From positions 1 to 64,000 of IMG/VR virus record IMGVR_UViG_3300005512_000006: a DNA stretch of 64,000 nucleotides, one strand, 5' to 3'. Below the pieces are notes generated by a model. It was not told the DNA's origin, made no database searches, and saw only the letters and a list, made by a program, of their open reading frames with translations. The number at the start of each line of letters is the position of its first letter. Positions within the stretch are counted from its first letter, which is position 1. The position numbers and the translations under genes are program-made. Positions 41,479 through 50,610 of the stretch are shown in pieces. This stretch comes from a virus (lineage: Duplodnaviria; Caudoviricetes).

Positions 41479-41855
41479 TTTACCGAAGACATAATCTGCA
41501 AGTAAAAGAGTTAAATGTAGAAGATGAAGACATCATGTCTTTTGAAAGTACACTTGCTCCTTTAGTCTATGCCATGTTACTCAAGTTGCAGGAAAACGAT
41601 GTGAGTTTCGGCACAGTCGACAATTCTGACGTACCCGTGGATCTAAGAAACATGAACGAGTACGATTATGATCGCTGGCAATGGCTTCTTAATGAATTAA
41701 TTTGGACCTTTGAACAGGTAACTCTGGAAGCTCCCATATATCGTGAGCCCGGCACTCTGTTTGAAGGGGGCGTAAACTTAACGGAAGAGTACGAAGCTAG
41801 AATTCAAAGAGGTTACGAACTCTTCGGGAAATACTTGGCGACGCTATGGACATAG
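41475..41855 (+). CDS. Hypothetical protein, paralogue of 35369..35905
   Basis: RWQWLLNELIWTFE, RIQRGYELFGKY..LW. Confidence 0.65.
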   Translation: MIYRRHNLQVKELNVEDEDIMSFESTLAPLVYAMLLKLQENDVSFGTVDNSDVPVDLRNMNEYDYDRWQWLLNELIWTFEQVTLEAPIYREPGTLFEGGVNLTEEYEARIQRGYELFGKYLATLWT

Positions 41856-42079
41856 AAATCTGGGGCAAGAACTTCTGTAAGTTCTGCGAAGAAAGCAAAA
41901 TATTACTTGAAGAAGCCGGACTACCTTATAAGTACCGGCTTCTTCATTATGACTTTGATGAAAGCGAGGCTCGTGAGGAGTTTCCTAGAAGTCGTACTTA
42001 TCCGAAGATACTTATCGACGGGCACTGGATTGGTGGCTATGATGAGTTAGTAAAGATTCTGGGTCAGGCTGCGGATTGA
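41846..42079 (+). CDS. Glutaredoxin
   Basis: CKFC, TYPKI, IGGYDEL. Confidence 0.9.
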   Translation: MDIEIWGKNFCKFCEESKILLEEAGLPYKYRLLHYDFDESEAREEFPRSRTYPKILIDGHWIGGYDELVKILGQAAD

Positions 42080-42109
42080 CACACGGAAAACGTTTTTATA
42101 TACTGAAAA

Positions 42110-42158
42110 AGCGTGTTCGGCGCAGCTGCAGTAAGGCCCTCACGAAGAGGGCTTTTTT
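42110..42158 (+). ncRNA. Candidate ~48-nt sRNA
   Basis: TTGACA(42076)-N17-TATACT(42099), then terminator ggccctc-acgaa-gagggcT6; no ORF. Confidence 0.5.
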
Positions 42159-42229
42159 ATGTGCTAAAAAATACTACTTGACTTTCTGTGTGGTGTAAGC
42201 TATAATATTCTTCCAAGTGGAGGATTATT

Positions 42230-42622
42230 ATGTTTAACAAAGTAGCAGAGTTTATGCGCTCTTTCGGGCAGCACGTTCACGAAGAACCGGCGCTAAAGAA
42301 TCGCCCGCTAGAACTTCGACTTCATCTTATTGAGGAAGAAGTTCAGGAACTTCGAGACGGCCTGTATAAGTACGAGCAGGGGCTTATTGATGAGAAAGAA
42401 GCACTTATTGAAGTGGCCGACGCTCTTACGGACATTCTTTATGTCACCCTAGGAGCCGGTCATGCTTTCGGTATTGATCTAGACTCTTGCTTTGAAGAAG
42501 TACATTCAAGCAACATGAGTAAGCTCGGGGCTGACGGTAAGCCTCTGCGGCGTGAAGATGGTAAAGTAATGAAAGGCCCTAACTATCGTGAGCCGAATCT
42601 GGAACCCTGCATATGGAAATAA
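42230..42622 (+). CDS. MazG-like/all-alpha NTP pyrophosphohydrolase
   Basis: LIEEE..EL, EVADALTDILYV, EVHSSNMSK, RREDGKV.KGPNY; own promoter at 42178. Confidence 0.85.
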   Translation: MFNKVAEFMRSFGQHVHEEPALKNRPLELRLHLIEEEVQELRDGLYKYEQGLIDEKEALIEVADALTDILYVTLGAGHAFGIDLDSCFEEVHSSNMSKLGADGKPLRREDGKVMKGPNYREPNLEPCIWK

Positions 42623-42782
42623 GACTCTTCTATCTAAAGCATCCTACTGAACCATATGTTCGTTACGTAGTTTCGATGAATGAAGATCCTGAGTGGAAAG
42701 AGTTCTGGGAGCTTGATCCTAATTCTATGTACCGCACTTTAAATATGTTTCCTGAATTGTTTAACTGGAGCCCTGTTCATTA

Positions 42783-43019
42783 ATGGCCCTGGGTAGTAAT
42801 GATGGATTTCCCCCAATGTGGAGATATAGTCTAGAGAAAAGAAAAGAGGGGTGGTTTATATTGTGCTTTGATCCACTTTGCGTCGACCCCGTGAGAGAGT
42901 ATTTCACGAGTTATACTCCAAGATTTGAAAACTTTATTGAGAACTTTGAGAGCAAACACTGTCTCAGTCTGAACGAGATAATGTATGAATATACGAAAGT
43001 ACATTTTCAAGTCTCCTGA
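42783..43019 (+). CDS. Hypothetical protein
   Basis: GGAG RBS; in a plus-strand run. Confidence 0.5.
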   Translation: MALGSNDGFPPMWRYSLEKRKEGWFILCFDPLCVDPVREYFTSYTPRFENFIENFESKHCLSLNEIMYEYTKVHFQVS

Positions 43020-43148
43020 TCCAGAGGACTTGACTGTTGATAACGCGTACAAAACGCGATGGATCTGGTATCATACGATACTCGCACTTGAGTTATTGAT
43101 GGTCAATATTCTACTGATTGCTCTTATAGTAATGGTAGCAATAAAACT

Positions 43149-43523
43149 ATGAATACACGAGAATACACTTTACGACTTGAAGGAATGTGGCCGGTAGGTC
43201 GATACTGGAGTATGAATCGACCGATCGAACATGAGTGTGAGCGAGGACATCGCTGGAAAGAGAGTCCTCGAGCACTACTACAGAGAGGGCATTGTAAAAT
43301 GTGTAAACTTGAGAAGACTCCGAACGTATGGCTTTATTTGACCTGTATGAAACGTCCTACGAGTGAAATCTGGAAGTTACATACAACGCGCACTGACCCC
43401 GGGGAAGTTCCCTGGAAATGTATGTACGGAAATGCATTGCTTGCGCACTATAATGCAGAAGAAATCGATTCAAAAGCGGCAGGAAAGATAAGAAAATTTA
43501 CTTACTCACTAAGGCCCTTTTAA
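43149..43523 (+). CDS. Zinc-ribbon protein
   Basis: CERGHRW...CKMC; terminator at 43512-43535. Confidence 0.55.
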   Translation: MNTREYTLRLEGMWPVGRYWSMNRPIEHECERGHRWKESPRALLQRGHCKMCKLEKTPNVWLYLTCMKRPTSEIWKLHTTRTDPGEVPWKCMYGNALLAHYNAEEIDSKAAGKIRKFTYSLRPF

Positions 43524-43587
43524 GAGCCTTTTTTATGGCTATCGAAGCACACAGCTGAAAGTAGTCATACCTGCTCAAAAATAATTC

Positions 43588-43616
43588 TTTACATTCAAAT
43601 AGATGTATGATAAAAT
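43588..43616 (+). promoter_or_regulatory. Sigma70 promoter pointing into a ~570-bp non-coding region
   Basis: AAAAATAATTC-TTTACA-N17-TAAAAT with TG extension. Confidence 0.7.
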
Positions 43617-44195
43617 ATTTATATTCTTTAGAAGCAGCTATGTTAGTTACTTCTGCCTCGCTACTGCCGAGCTAAAATCTGATGAGAAGCTGCGCTTAAG
43701 CCTAGAGTGAAATCCTCCAAAGTGATATCGCAATTGAAATCGTTTTTTACAGCGTCGGAGCGAAAGGTGTAGCCTTAGCGGAACCCTTTCTCTCCAGGTG
43801 TAATAAAAACCTTTCTTTTTCGATATATCGTTGGAATGCTCTAGAGTTAATTGCATGGTTCTCTAAATCCCCGTTATTGCATAATAACTGGAAGAAACCA
43901 AACTTCCATATGTAATTTACTTTTTAAGACGGGTATGCGACAATTCGCGATTTTCTCAACGAAACTAAAGCGGGGTTATACTTCACTCCCACTTGTTGAA
44001 GCCCATAAGTCTAATATGAGTCGTTACCTTCGTAAGGGACGTATTTAAGAGAATAAGTAATAAAATTACTCAAAGTTATCCCTCTTTCACACGAAGTTTC
44101 TCCTAGCTTACGTAAACGAAAATTGTGAGGAAGGCCCCGCCGTGACTGTCTATATTTTCTAGCTCAGTAGGTCTTACGATGACCCCGCCGGCAAT

Positions 44196-44220
44196 AAAAA
44201 CCCGCTCTAGGCGGGTTTAG
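44196..44220 (-). terminator. Intrinsic terminator ending the tRNA operon
   Basis: aaaaacccgc-tctag-gcgggttt. Confidence 0.75.
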
Positions 44221-44491
44221 CGGGGCAGCCCCGGTATCAAATCTTCAATCTCACGCTGGAGTATTCGAGCTTTTTGCCCCACTACGGGGTCTTTATGCGT
44301 TTCCAGGTATCTTAGCAACGCATGACATTTTGCAAGAGCTACTCGCTCTCCAGGATTACTTCGTATGCCTCGAGTTCCCATTCCTCTTCTCCTGCTTTTC
44401 GTAGCAGACGCAAATATCTTCTAGCTTCTGCTTTGTTTTCGTTTTCAAGGGCTTTGAGCAACCCCGCCGTGATTTCTTCTTTCGTCATAAT

Positions 44492-44568
44492 TGGTACCCG
44501 CTGAGAGGCTCGAACTCCCGACCGTCTGCTTAGAAGGCAGATGCTCTATCCAGCTGAGCTAAGCGGGC
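44492..44568 (-). tRNA. tRNA-Arg(UCU)
   Basis: GCCCGCT..TCTGC-CTTCTAA-GCAGA..GTTCGAG..AGCGGGT-ACCA; 77 nt with encoded CCA. Confidence 0.95.
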
Positions 44569-44723
44569 AGAATGAGTTCTTGAACTTTATTGATTAGACT
44601 ACGAACTTCAGACAACTCTTCAATTACGTCAGCACTATCATCGTCAACGTACTTAAAGTTAAGTATCGTTTCCTGACTTCTTAGATTTTTTAAAATAAGA
44701 AATAATTCTTTTTCCGTAAACAT
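44559..44723 (-). CDS. Small protein between the tRNAs (MFTEKELF...)
   Basis: GGAG RBS; its stop lies inside tRNA-Arg. Confidence 0.5.
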   Translation of the reverse strand: MFTEKELFLILKNLRSQETILNFKYVDDDSADVIEELSEVRSLINKVQELILPA

Positions 44724-44738
44724 AGCCACTCCAAAAAC

Positions 44739-44813
44739 TGGTGCCTCCTGAGAGAATCGAACTCCCAATCTACTGATTACAAATCAGTTGCCTTACCATT
44801 CGGCCAAGGAGGC
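44739..44813 (-). tRNA. tRNA-Thr(UGU)
   Basis: GCCTCCT..ACTGA-TTTGTAA-TCAGT..GTTCGAT..AGGAGGC-ACCA. Confidence 0.95.
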
Positions 44814-44815
44814 AG

Positions 44816-45010
44816 AAAAATGATGGTTTTTATCTGCATCTCGCCCTTGGGCACCACCCCTATACGCAACTTAATCGTGGCTGATGGCGCTTGCTAACGA
44901 CAGACCGGGCGAACCAACAACCGGTAAACGGCCCTCACGATTTGAGCATTGTTAAGAGGCTTGGAGGGCTCTATAATGCCGGATTTATGGGTCCGGCTGC
45001 CCCCATTTCT
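44816..45010 (-). ncRNA. Candidate ~190-nt structured RNA leading the tRNA operon
   Basis: TTGATT-N17-TATAAT at 45016-45044; several stems; possible pseudoknot. Confidence 0.55.
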
Positions 45011-45027
45011 TATATATTATATGGCTT

Positions 45028-45561
45028 TTAGTCCAAAGAATCAAGAAAAATTTTCAAGATATGTTCAGGATCTGTTTCACCATAAGGATCGTCGTCAGCA
45101 TTGTTACGGAAACCAGGCTCCACAAACCAATGCGAGATATTGCCGTCTCGAGCGATAAAGGCATATCTCCAGCTTCGTTTTCCAAAACCAAGATTTTCTT
45201 TATCCACGAGCATACCCATAGCGCGAGTGAAGTCACCATTTCCATCAGGAAGTGCCTTAACGTTTTTCACGTCTTGATGCTCTAGCCATTTATTCATGAC
45301 AAACGCATCATTTACACTGCACACATAGACCTCGTCCACTCCTTGCAACTGAAACTTATTATACAGCTTCTCAAAGTTCGGAAGCTGATAAGTGCTGCAC
45401 GTTGGAGTAAATGCTCCAGGCAGAGAAAAGACTACTACAGTCTTTCCTGTAAAAAGCTCGCCTGTCTGCACAAGTTCCCAACGAAACGGATTTGGTCCTT
45501 CAATACTTTCATCACGAACTCTCGTGTAGAGAGTAACATTTGGTACTTTCTCACCGATCAC
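45028..45561 (-). CDS. Peroxiredoxin (Prx5 type)
   Basis: FSLPGAFTPTCS, SVNDAFVM, PDGNG.F, GKRSWRY. Confidence 0.93.
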   Translation of the reverse strand: MIGEKVPNVTLYTRVRDESIEGPNPFRWELVQTGELFTGKTVVVFSLPGAFTPTCSTYQLPNFEKLYNKFQLQGVDEVYVCSVNDAFVMNKWLEHQDVKNVKALPDGNGDFTRAMGMLVDKENLGFGKRSWRYAFIARDGNISHWFVEPGFRNNADDDPYGETDPEHILKIFLDSLD

Positions 45562-45791
45562 TCATGCACCTCTTTCGTCTTACGATCACAGTAAACAACG
45601 TGCTTGCCAGTCAAATCCCACACAATAATCTTAATCTTGTGCCGGTTCATACGAGAAATGCGGGTTTTAGCAACATCTTGATACTCATGCTTAATGGATT
45701 GAAGACAAGCGTTATAATCTTTGGTGTCATCACCAGCGTTGGCCGTGGAAATCAAACTTGCGAAAACTAGGGGAAGTACAATCTTTTTCAT
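45558..45791 (-). CDS. Small exported protein
   Basis: Signal peptide ending ANA; two Cys. Confidence 0.6.
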   Translation of the reverse strand: MKKIVLPLVFASLISTANAGDDTKDYNACLQSIKHEYQDVAKTRISRMNRHKIKIIVWDLTGKHVVYCDRKTKEVHE

Positions 45792-46203
45792 CTTTTTCTC
45801 TATAGAATATATGGTCGCCGATTATTTGTGTAGGCTCAAATCTCATAGCCCAATCGGGGTCCACTTGAATTGTATGATAATATAATTCGCACGGGGCTAC
45901 TCTATCTTCTTGCCCGCTCCAAATACGATTAGCAAGTATTAGCGCTTCAGCATATGCTCGCCAATCGGTTGGGTAGTCTGACAGGCCATCACAATACCAG
46001 CTAAAGTGGCACCGGTGCTTCTTGGGATGACCGCTCGGCCAGGTTTTAGCTTGGTAAATAACATCACACGGATGATTAGGAAACTTTGGAGAATATGATC
46101 GATTGATCACTACTTCTGCAACCGCCCTCTTCCCCTTAATCGGCTGATTACGAGCTTCCCAATAAATATTTAAAGCCAAACACATGACCGCATCTGCAAG
46201 CAT
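45730..46203 (-). CDS. SleB/CwlJ-like cell-wall hydrolase
   Basis: CLALNIYWEARNQ, VAEVVINR, C.FSWYCDG, IGDHIFY. Confidence 0.88.
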   Translation of the reverse strand: MLADAVMCLALNIYWEARNQPIKGKRAVAEVVINRSYSPKFPNHPCDVIYQAKTWPSGHPKKHRCHFSWYCDGLSDYPTDWRAYAEALILANRIWSGQEDRVAPCELYYHTIQVDPDWAMRFEPTQIIGDHIFYREKDEKDCTSPSFRKFDFHGQRW

Positions 46204-46424
46204 TAGTAAGAGTCCCTAACTGTCCATCCTACAAGTTCTTGTTTTTGTTTACAGGTCAGAGTGTTACCATAGCGATATAACTTGCCACGAGCCCACTCTT
46301 CCATGTCATCTTCCAGATCCTCGTCATGGACATAGCCAAGGTCTACTTCTCTGAGACCTCTATAATTCCAGTCTCTACCGTTTGCAGTTTCATAATACTT
46401 GACCGTCGCAAGTACTTGTTTCAC
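46203..46424 (-). CDS. Hypothetical protein
   Basis: Coupled ORF. Confidence 0.55.
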   Translation of the reverse strand: MKQVLATVKYYETANGRDWNYRGLREVDLGYVHDEDLEDDMEEWARGKLYRYGNTLTCKQKQELVGWTVRDSY

Positions 46425-46746
46425 GCAGTGTGTCCTCTAATCGTTGGATAAGATATTTAAGCTCTAGCTTAGGTGCTTTTTCCAACCCTTGCAGTCTCTC
46501 GGGGTCTGCACTAATCAAAGAAGATAGATTTGCAACTAACTCTTTTTTCGTCACAGGAAGTTCGCCCGACTTGCTGCGATAAACACGTTTTTCGTAAACA
46601 TTCTCCTTGGAGAGTTTACCAATAATCGACTTCTCACTCTTGTTGAGTTCCTGGGCTAGACGCTTAATTACTTCATCATCGTCTTTGTTCTTCAGGTACT
46701 CGTCAATAACGTAAGTAGTCTGCTCTGCAGTGTAATTAATAGACAT
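46390..46746 (-). CDS. T5 A2-like DNA-binding protein, paralogue
   Basis: NYT.EQ, KSIIGKLSKE.VY, SKSGE..KKELV, GLEKAPK. Confidence 0.65.
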   Translation of the reverse strand: MSINYTAEQTTYVIDEYLKNKDDDEVIKRLAQELNKSEKSIIGKLSKENVYEKRVYRSKSGELPVTKKELVANLSSLISADPERLQGLEKAPKLELKYLIQRLEDTLRETSTCDGQVL

Positions 46747-47545
46747 CCTCTACGTCTCCCTCGTAAAACCCATCGAGAGTGTAGCGGTATTCCATAAATG
46801 CTTGAATGTCAGACTGCGAGTAGCCTTGTGCACGAAGAGCGGAAAGAGCATCCTCTTCGTTAGCATATGCACAAGCAAGATCGTAGCCGTCCATATAATA
46901 ATCACCAGTCATAGACATATTCAAAGTCCCACTGAAATGTGTCCTGGGAGTTATACTCACCGCCAAGAAAGAGTTCCCAGTATTCTTCCTCGACGTTATC
47001 TTCGCCTACAAGGTAGGCATAGGCCATAAATGCTTGCTGATATTCAGTAAAACTGATCGCAAGATTAACCCAAGCCTCGCTGTTTTTTACACTGTAGTCA
47101 TGCACAATATCAATCAACTCATTGAGTCTTTGTTGTGCTTGCTGCCCGTGCTTTTTAGCTGAGTTTGGAAACTTTATTATGTCGCCCACACTTATACTCC
47201 TGCGCGAAGAACATATTATCCCATAGCAGAGAAAAAATGTCAAGATTTATTTTTTGAACCTATAAAGAAAAAGGGTGGACAGTGCCACCCCTTTCACTAT
47301 ACTTTTTGTACTTTATTCGATAGCTTTTTTACTACCGAATCGTAGATTTCTTCGTAGAGCTCGGACATGTCGTCCTCGTCCCAGGCTTCGTCGATAGCAT
47401 CCACAATATCGCTTTTGGCAGCAAAAAGTCCCTGCTCCTTGAGATAGTCAACAATATCTTGAGTACAAACAGACACGAACACTTTCGTGTCGTGCCTGTT
47501 TTCCCAAGCGCCCAGTTCCGTCCACTTGGTGCTAGGAAGCATCAT
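46736..47545 (-). CDS. Small acidic hypothetical genes (46736-46918, 46902-~47190, 47297-47545)
   Basis: Coupled ORFs after promoters. Confidence 0.55.
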
Positions 47546-47859
47546 GCAACATCTCGCTGAATAGCAGCAGCCAGCTTCGTGAGGTCTGCTTTCGTAGCTT
47601 TTGCAAGAGAAGGCAGCTCAACTGCGAGTTTGTTTGCGATGAATGCCACAAGCTGCTCCTTACGAATCACAGGCTCGCCGGTCTTAGAAGTACGGGGCTG
47701 CGCCTGGTAAACGCCTTCGCGAGTGAGCTTGGCGATAATCGAACGAGCAGGCTTGTCGAACTCCTCTGCAATCGCGTCCACCGTCTCACGAGTAGGATTC
47801 GCGGTGTAAAGCTGGACCATACGCTCAACCATTTCTTCAGTGTACTTAACTTCGCTCAT
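47542..47859 (-). CDS. T5 A2-like DNA-binding protein
   Basis: KYTEE, RSIIAKLTREGVY, SKTGEPV.RKEQLV, SLAKATK. Confidence 0.7.
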   Translation of the reverse strand: MSEVKYTEEMVERMVQLYTANPTRETVDAIAEEFDKPARSIIAKLTREGVYQAQPRTSKTGEPVIRKEQLVAFIANKLAVELPSLAKATKADLTKLAAAIQRDVA

Positions 47860-48182
47860 GTCGTGCCTCCAGTGGCTCTTTGATTTAAAAATATATTATA
47901 GGGCTTTTCAGTATTCCATGCAAGAACTATTTTTCATAATCTCGAACTGGGCTTCTCGAACGAGGCGCTTTGCATCCATTAGCGCGTCAATACGTCCACG
48001 AAGAAAGCCTAGCATATCTTCGTCATAATTAAAGAAGTCACAATTACTACGAGCAGTACGAAGCTGCTCATTAATCTTCTCGACGATCATATCCATTTCG
48101 GTCATTTCGTTTCTCCGCAGGTCGATGATATTTTTTCTTGTTGCGTTCTACTCGAGCCCGATACTTCGGACTCCGACAATCT

Positions 48183-48640
48183 TTATGCACCACGCTCTTC
48201 ACAATCAATCTCCCAGAATCGAAGCATAGCCTCTTCCATTGCTCGTGCTTCCATTTCCCACGGAGATAGCCAATAGTCTTTCTCCGACCTCACATTGAAT
48301 TTTTCACCTTGCCAGCTTACTTTCTTGGCACCAATCTTAAAATCGTCTTTCATATACTGCTTGATATGCGTCATCTCATGAAAGACACTGCGAGCAAGAC
48401 TTTCATCTGAGTCAATCTGATTTTTTGAGAGAACAATCATGAACTTCTTCTTGCCGAGTTTCAGAGCTTCTGCAATACTACCGCTTTCAATTTCCTCATC
48501 CATCAGAACTTCTAGCTTACCTTTGCCGAGATCAAAATAACGAATAGCAAAGTCAACCAGCTGTTCCGTAAGCAGAGCATCTTCCGTACTCCAGCACCGT
48601 TCCCAAAAAACTTTTGCTCGCATTGCGTATTGCTCCATTT
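48183..48640 (-). CDS. Zincin-like metallopeptidase
   Basis: HEMTHIKQY...PWEMEA. Confidence 0.75.
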
Positions 48641-48692
48641 CAAAATATGTACATATTATACGGTGTTGGAGGTGTGTTGTCAAGAATTATTT

Positions 48693-49637
48693 TTACTCAC
48701 CATTCCACATTGCTTCCATTTCAGTCGGATCTACGGTATAACCGATAGCGTTCATGAAGTCAACCCATTTCATAAACACTTCTTTGTGAGTCTTGTCATC
48801 CATGTTAAACTTAAAGACGACTTTTTCATTTCCGTACTGGTATGTCCAAGTTATTCTCTGCTCAACCATATTCATCACTCCTTAGACAATCAGAGGCGCA
48901 TAGAAAATTTGATTCATATCAGCATCTTCGTCGGCCAACTCTTGCAGCACATTATCCCACTCATGTAGCGTGAAAACATTGAGATCATTCGTCTCTTGAT
49001 CAAAGAACATCATGTAGTTGGTGTTGCGCTCAACATGGAAAGCATCAGTAAACACTTCATCGCCATAGAACATCTCGACAACTTCAAAGTCGTACAACTG
49101 CTCAGCTACAATTTCATTCAGCTCGCCTGCATCAATCAGCGACTCACGATGCCGACGCACTTTCTCCGTCCATTCCATCGGCTGAAAGAAAGAGAACTGC
49201 GCGTCAGCTGCGTCAAACATTACTCGTACAATCATGCTTTTTCTCCAAATAACGAACTAACCGGGAAACTACCCTCTACACTATTTGCCCAACGGTCGAA
49301 ATCTTCAATAGGCTCGCTGCGATCAACTACGAATTCTTCCGCCCACCAACGCCACCGAAACAAACGCCCATCACATTCAGTGACATATGCCTCTCGCTCT
49401 AGGTTTCGAGGAACTTTGTGGCCTGCTCGTTTGAGCATAGTTTTAAGCTCACTCAAAGAGTAACCGTTTAACTGCTTTCGAGTAGGACGCTTCATTTTAC
49501 TTTCTCCACAAGCCACACCACATCTTTGGCATCAAACTTCATGAGCAGAATATAGCTTAGGGCTTGCTCTTTGGAGCAGCCGTCCTGAACCATACCGTAA
49601 TAAGCCGTTAGCATATCTAACTGGGCCTTCGTCATAA
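48693..49637 (-). CDS. Small early hypothetical genes (48693, 48882, 49232, 49492)
   Basis: RBS-led coupled ORFs downstream of the promoter at about 49666-49697. Confidence 0.6.
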
Positions 49638-49849
49638 TCTTCTCCGCTTTTCCAAAGTATGCGCATATTATACGCAAAGGAGTCTTTGGAGTCAAGATTT
49701 ATTTTCGGGGTATGTCGGAAGCAGAACGCACTGTATTTCGGGGGGCCACACACGACCTAAAATTGTCAAGAATTATTTGCAATTAAACTAAATTTTCAAA
49801 AATTATGTTGCCCCGCCCCGGCTTACCCCGAGACAACCGAAAATAAGCC

Positions 49850-49878
49850 TTGACAAACCTTGCCGGCCCGCGTATAAT
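49850..49878 (+). promoter_or_regulatory. Perfect sigma70 promoter with no clear downstream gene
   Basis: TTGACA-N17-TATAAT. Confidence 0.85.
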
Positions 49879-49983
49879 ATATGAAAATGGGGGAGAACGT
49901 GCGGTTCGGCGCAGGCGCGCAAATTTCAGTTAGCTTTCGCACTTTATTTGGCGCAGCTACGCTGCCCATTTTTGTAAAGCATA

Positions 49984-50012
49984 AAAAAGCCGGGGCAGTT
50001 GCCCCGGCTTGG
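49984..50012 (-). terminator. Terminator after the A2-like gene
   Basis: aaaaaagccggggc-agtt-gccccggctt. Confidence 0.85.
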
Positions 50013-50018
50013 TTCGGA

Positions 50019-50315
50019 CTACACGGCTGAGAGAAGGGCCTGTAGCGACTGCTTCGTAGCTTTCTCAAGCCCGGACAGGTTAGCGCCAACCTTCTCCGAA
50101 ATCTGCGCAACCAGGTCCTCCTTCGAGACAGCCGGACCGCCATTCTTGGACATACGAGCCTTGCGCTCATATTGAATGCCAGCACGAACTGCGGCAGCGA
50201 TAATAGCACGCGGCTTTTCACCAAACTGCTCAGCAAGTGCTTCTGCTTTTTCCAGGTTGAGAGGAGCTGCTGCCTGCATTGCTGCGAGTACTGCGTCGTC
50301 GAAACGAGATGCCAT
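50019..50315 (-). CDS. A2-like DNA-binding protein (close paralogue of 51404..51703)
   Basis: AEQFGEKPRAIIAAAVRAGIQYER, GLEKATK. Confidence 0.75.
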   Translation of the reverse strand: MASRFDDAVLAAMQAAAPLNLEKAEALAEQFGEKPRAIIAAAVRAGIQYERKARMSKNGGPAVSKEDLVAQISEKVGANLSGLEKATKQSLQALLSAV

Positions 50316-50488
50316 AATAGTTTTTCCTAGAGTCTCCGGGGATGCCCATTGCTTCCCCTATGTTTGAAAAGATATTATACGGAGGGCCGAGCAAAAAAGC
50401 AAGAAAAATTTTCGACCGTCTGTCGAGAGACATCGAAAGTTTTTCTTGACAACGCGCGTGCTTTCGTGGTACAATATAATGGGCTAGG

Positions 50489-50598
50489 TTTCGCACTTTG
50501 GTGCCTGCGGCACGTTTTTTAGGTTTATCACTTTCGCACTTTGGCGCGGAGCGCAAACTCAATAGATTGTTGACTTTGCACTTTGGCGCGAAGCGCGC
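50489..50598 (+). repeat. Three GCACTTTGG + mini-hairpin units at 43/42-bp spacing
   Basis: GCACTTTGG at 50493, 50536, 50578. Confidence 0.85.
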
Positions 50599-50610
50599 AT
50601 TTGATTGTCA

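Noticed and set aside
43679-43730. Hammerhead ribozyme (CTGATGA...GAAA)
   Set aside because: Stem II does not close next to GAAA, and I found no stems I/III
44492-44813. Prophage attachment site at the tRNAs
   Set aside because: No integrase, duplicated tRNA 3' end or host genes in the window
44816-45010. tmRNA or HDV/theta ribozyme
   Set aside because: No tRNA-like ends or tag ORF, and I could not build the HDV nested pseudoknot; kept only as an unknown RNA
49760-49785. Minus-strand promoter (AATAATTCTTGACA)
   Set aside because: The -35 is present but there is no -10 at the proper spacing
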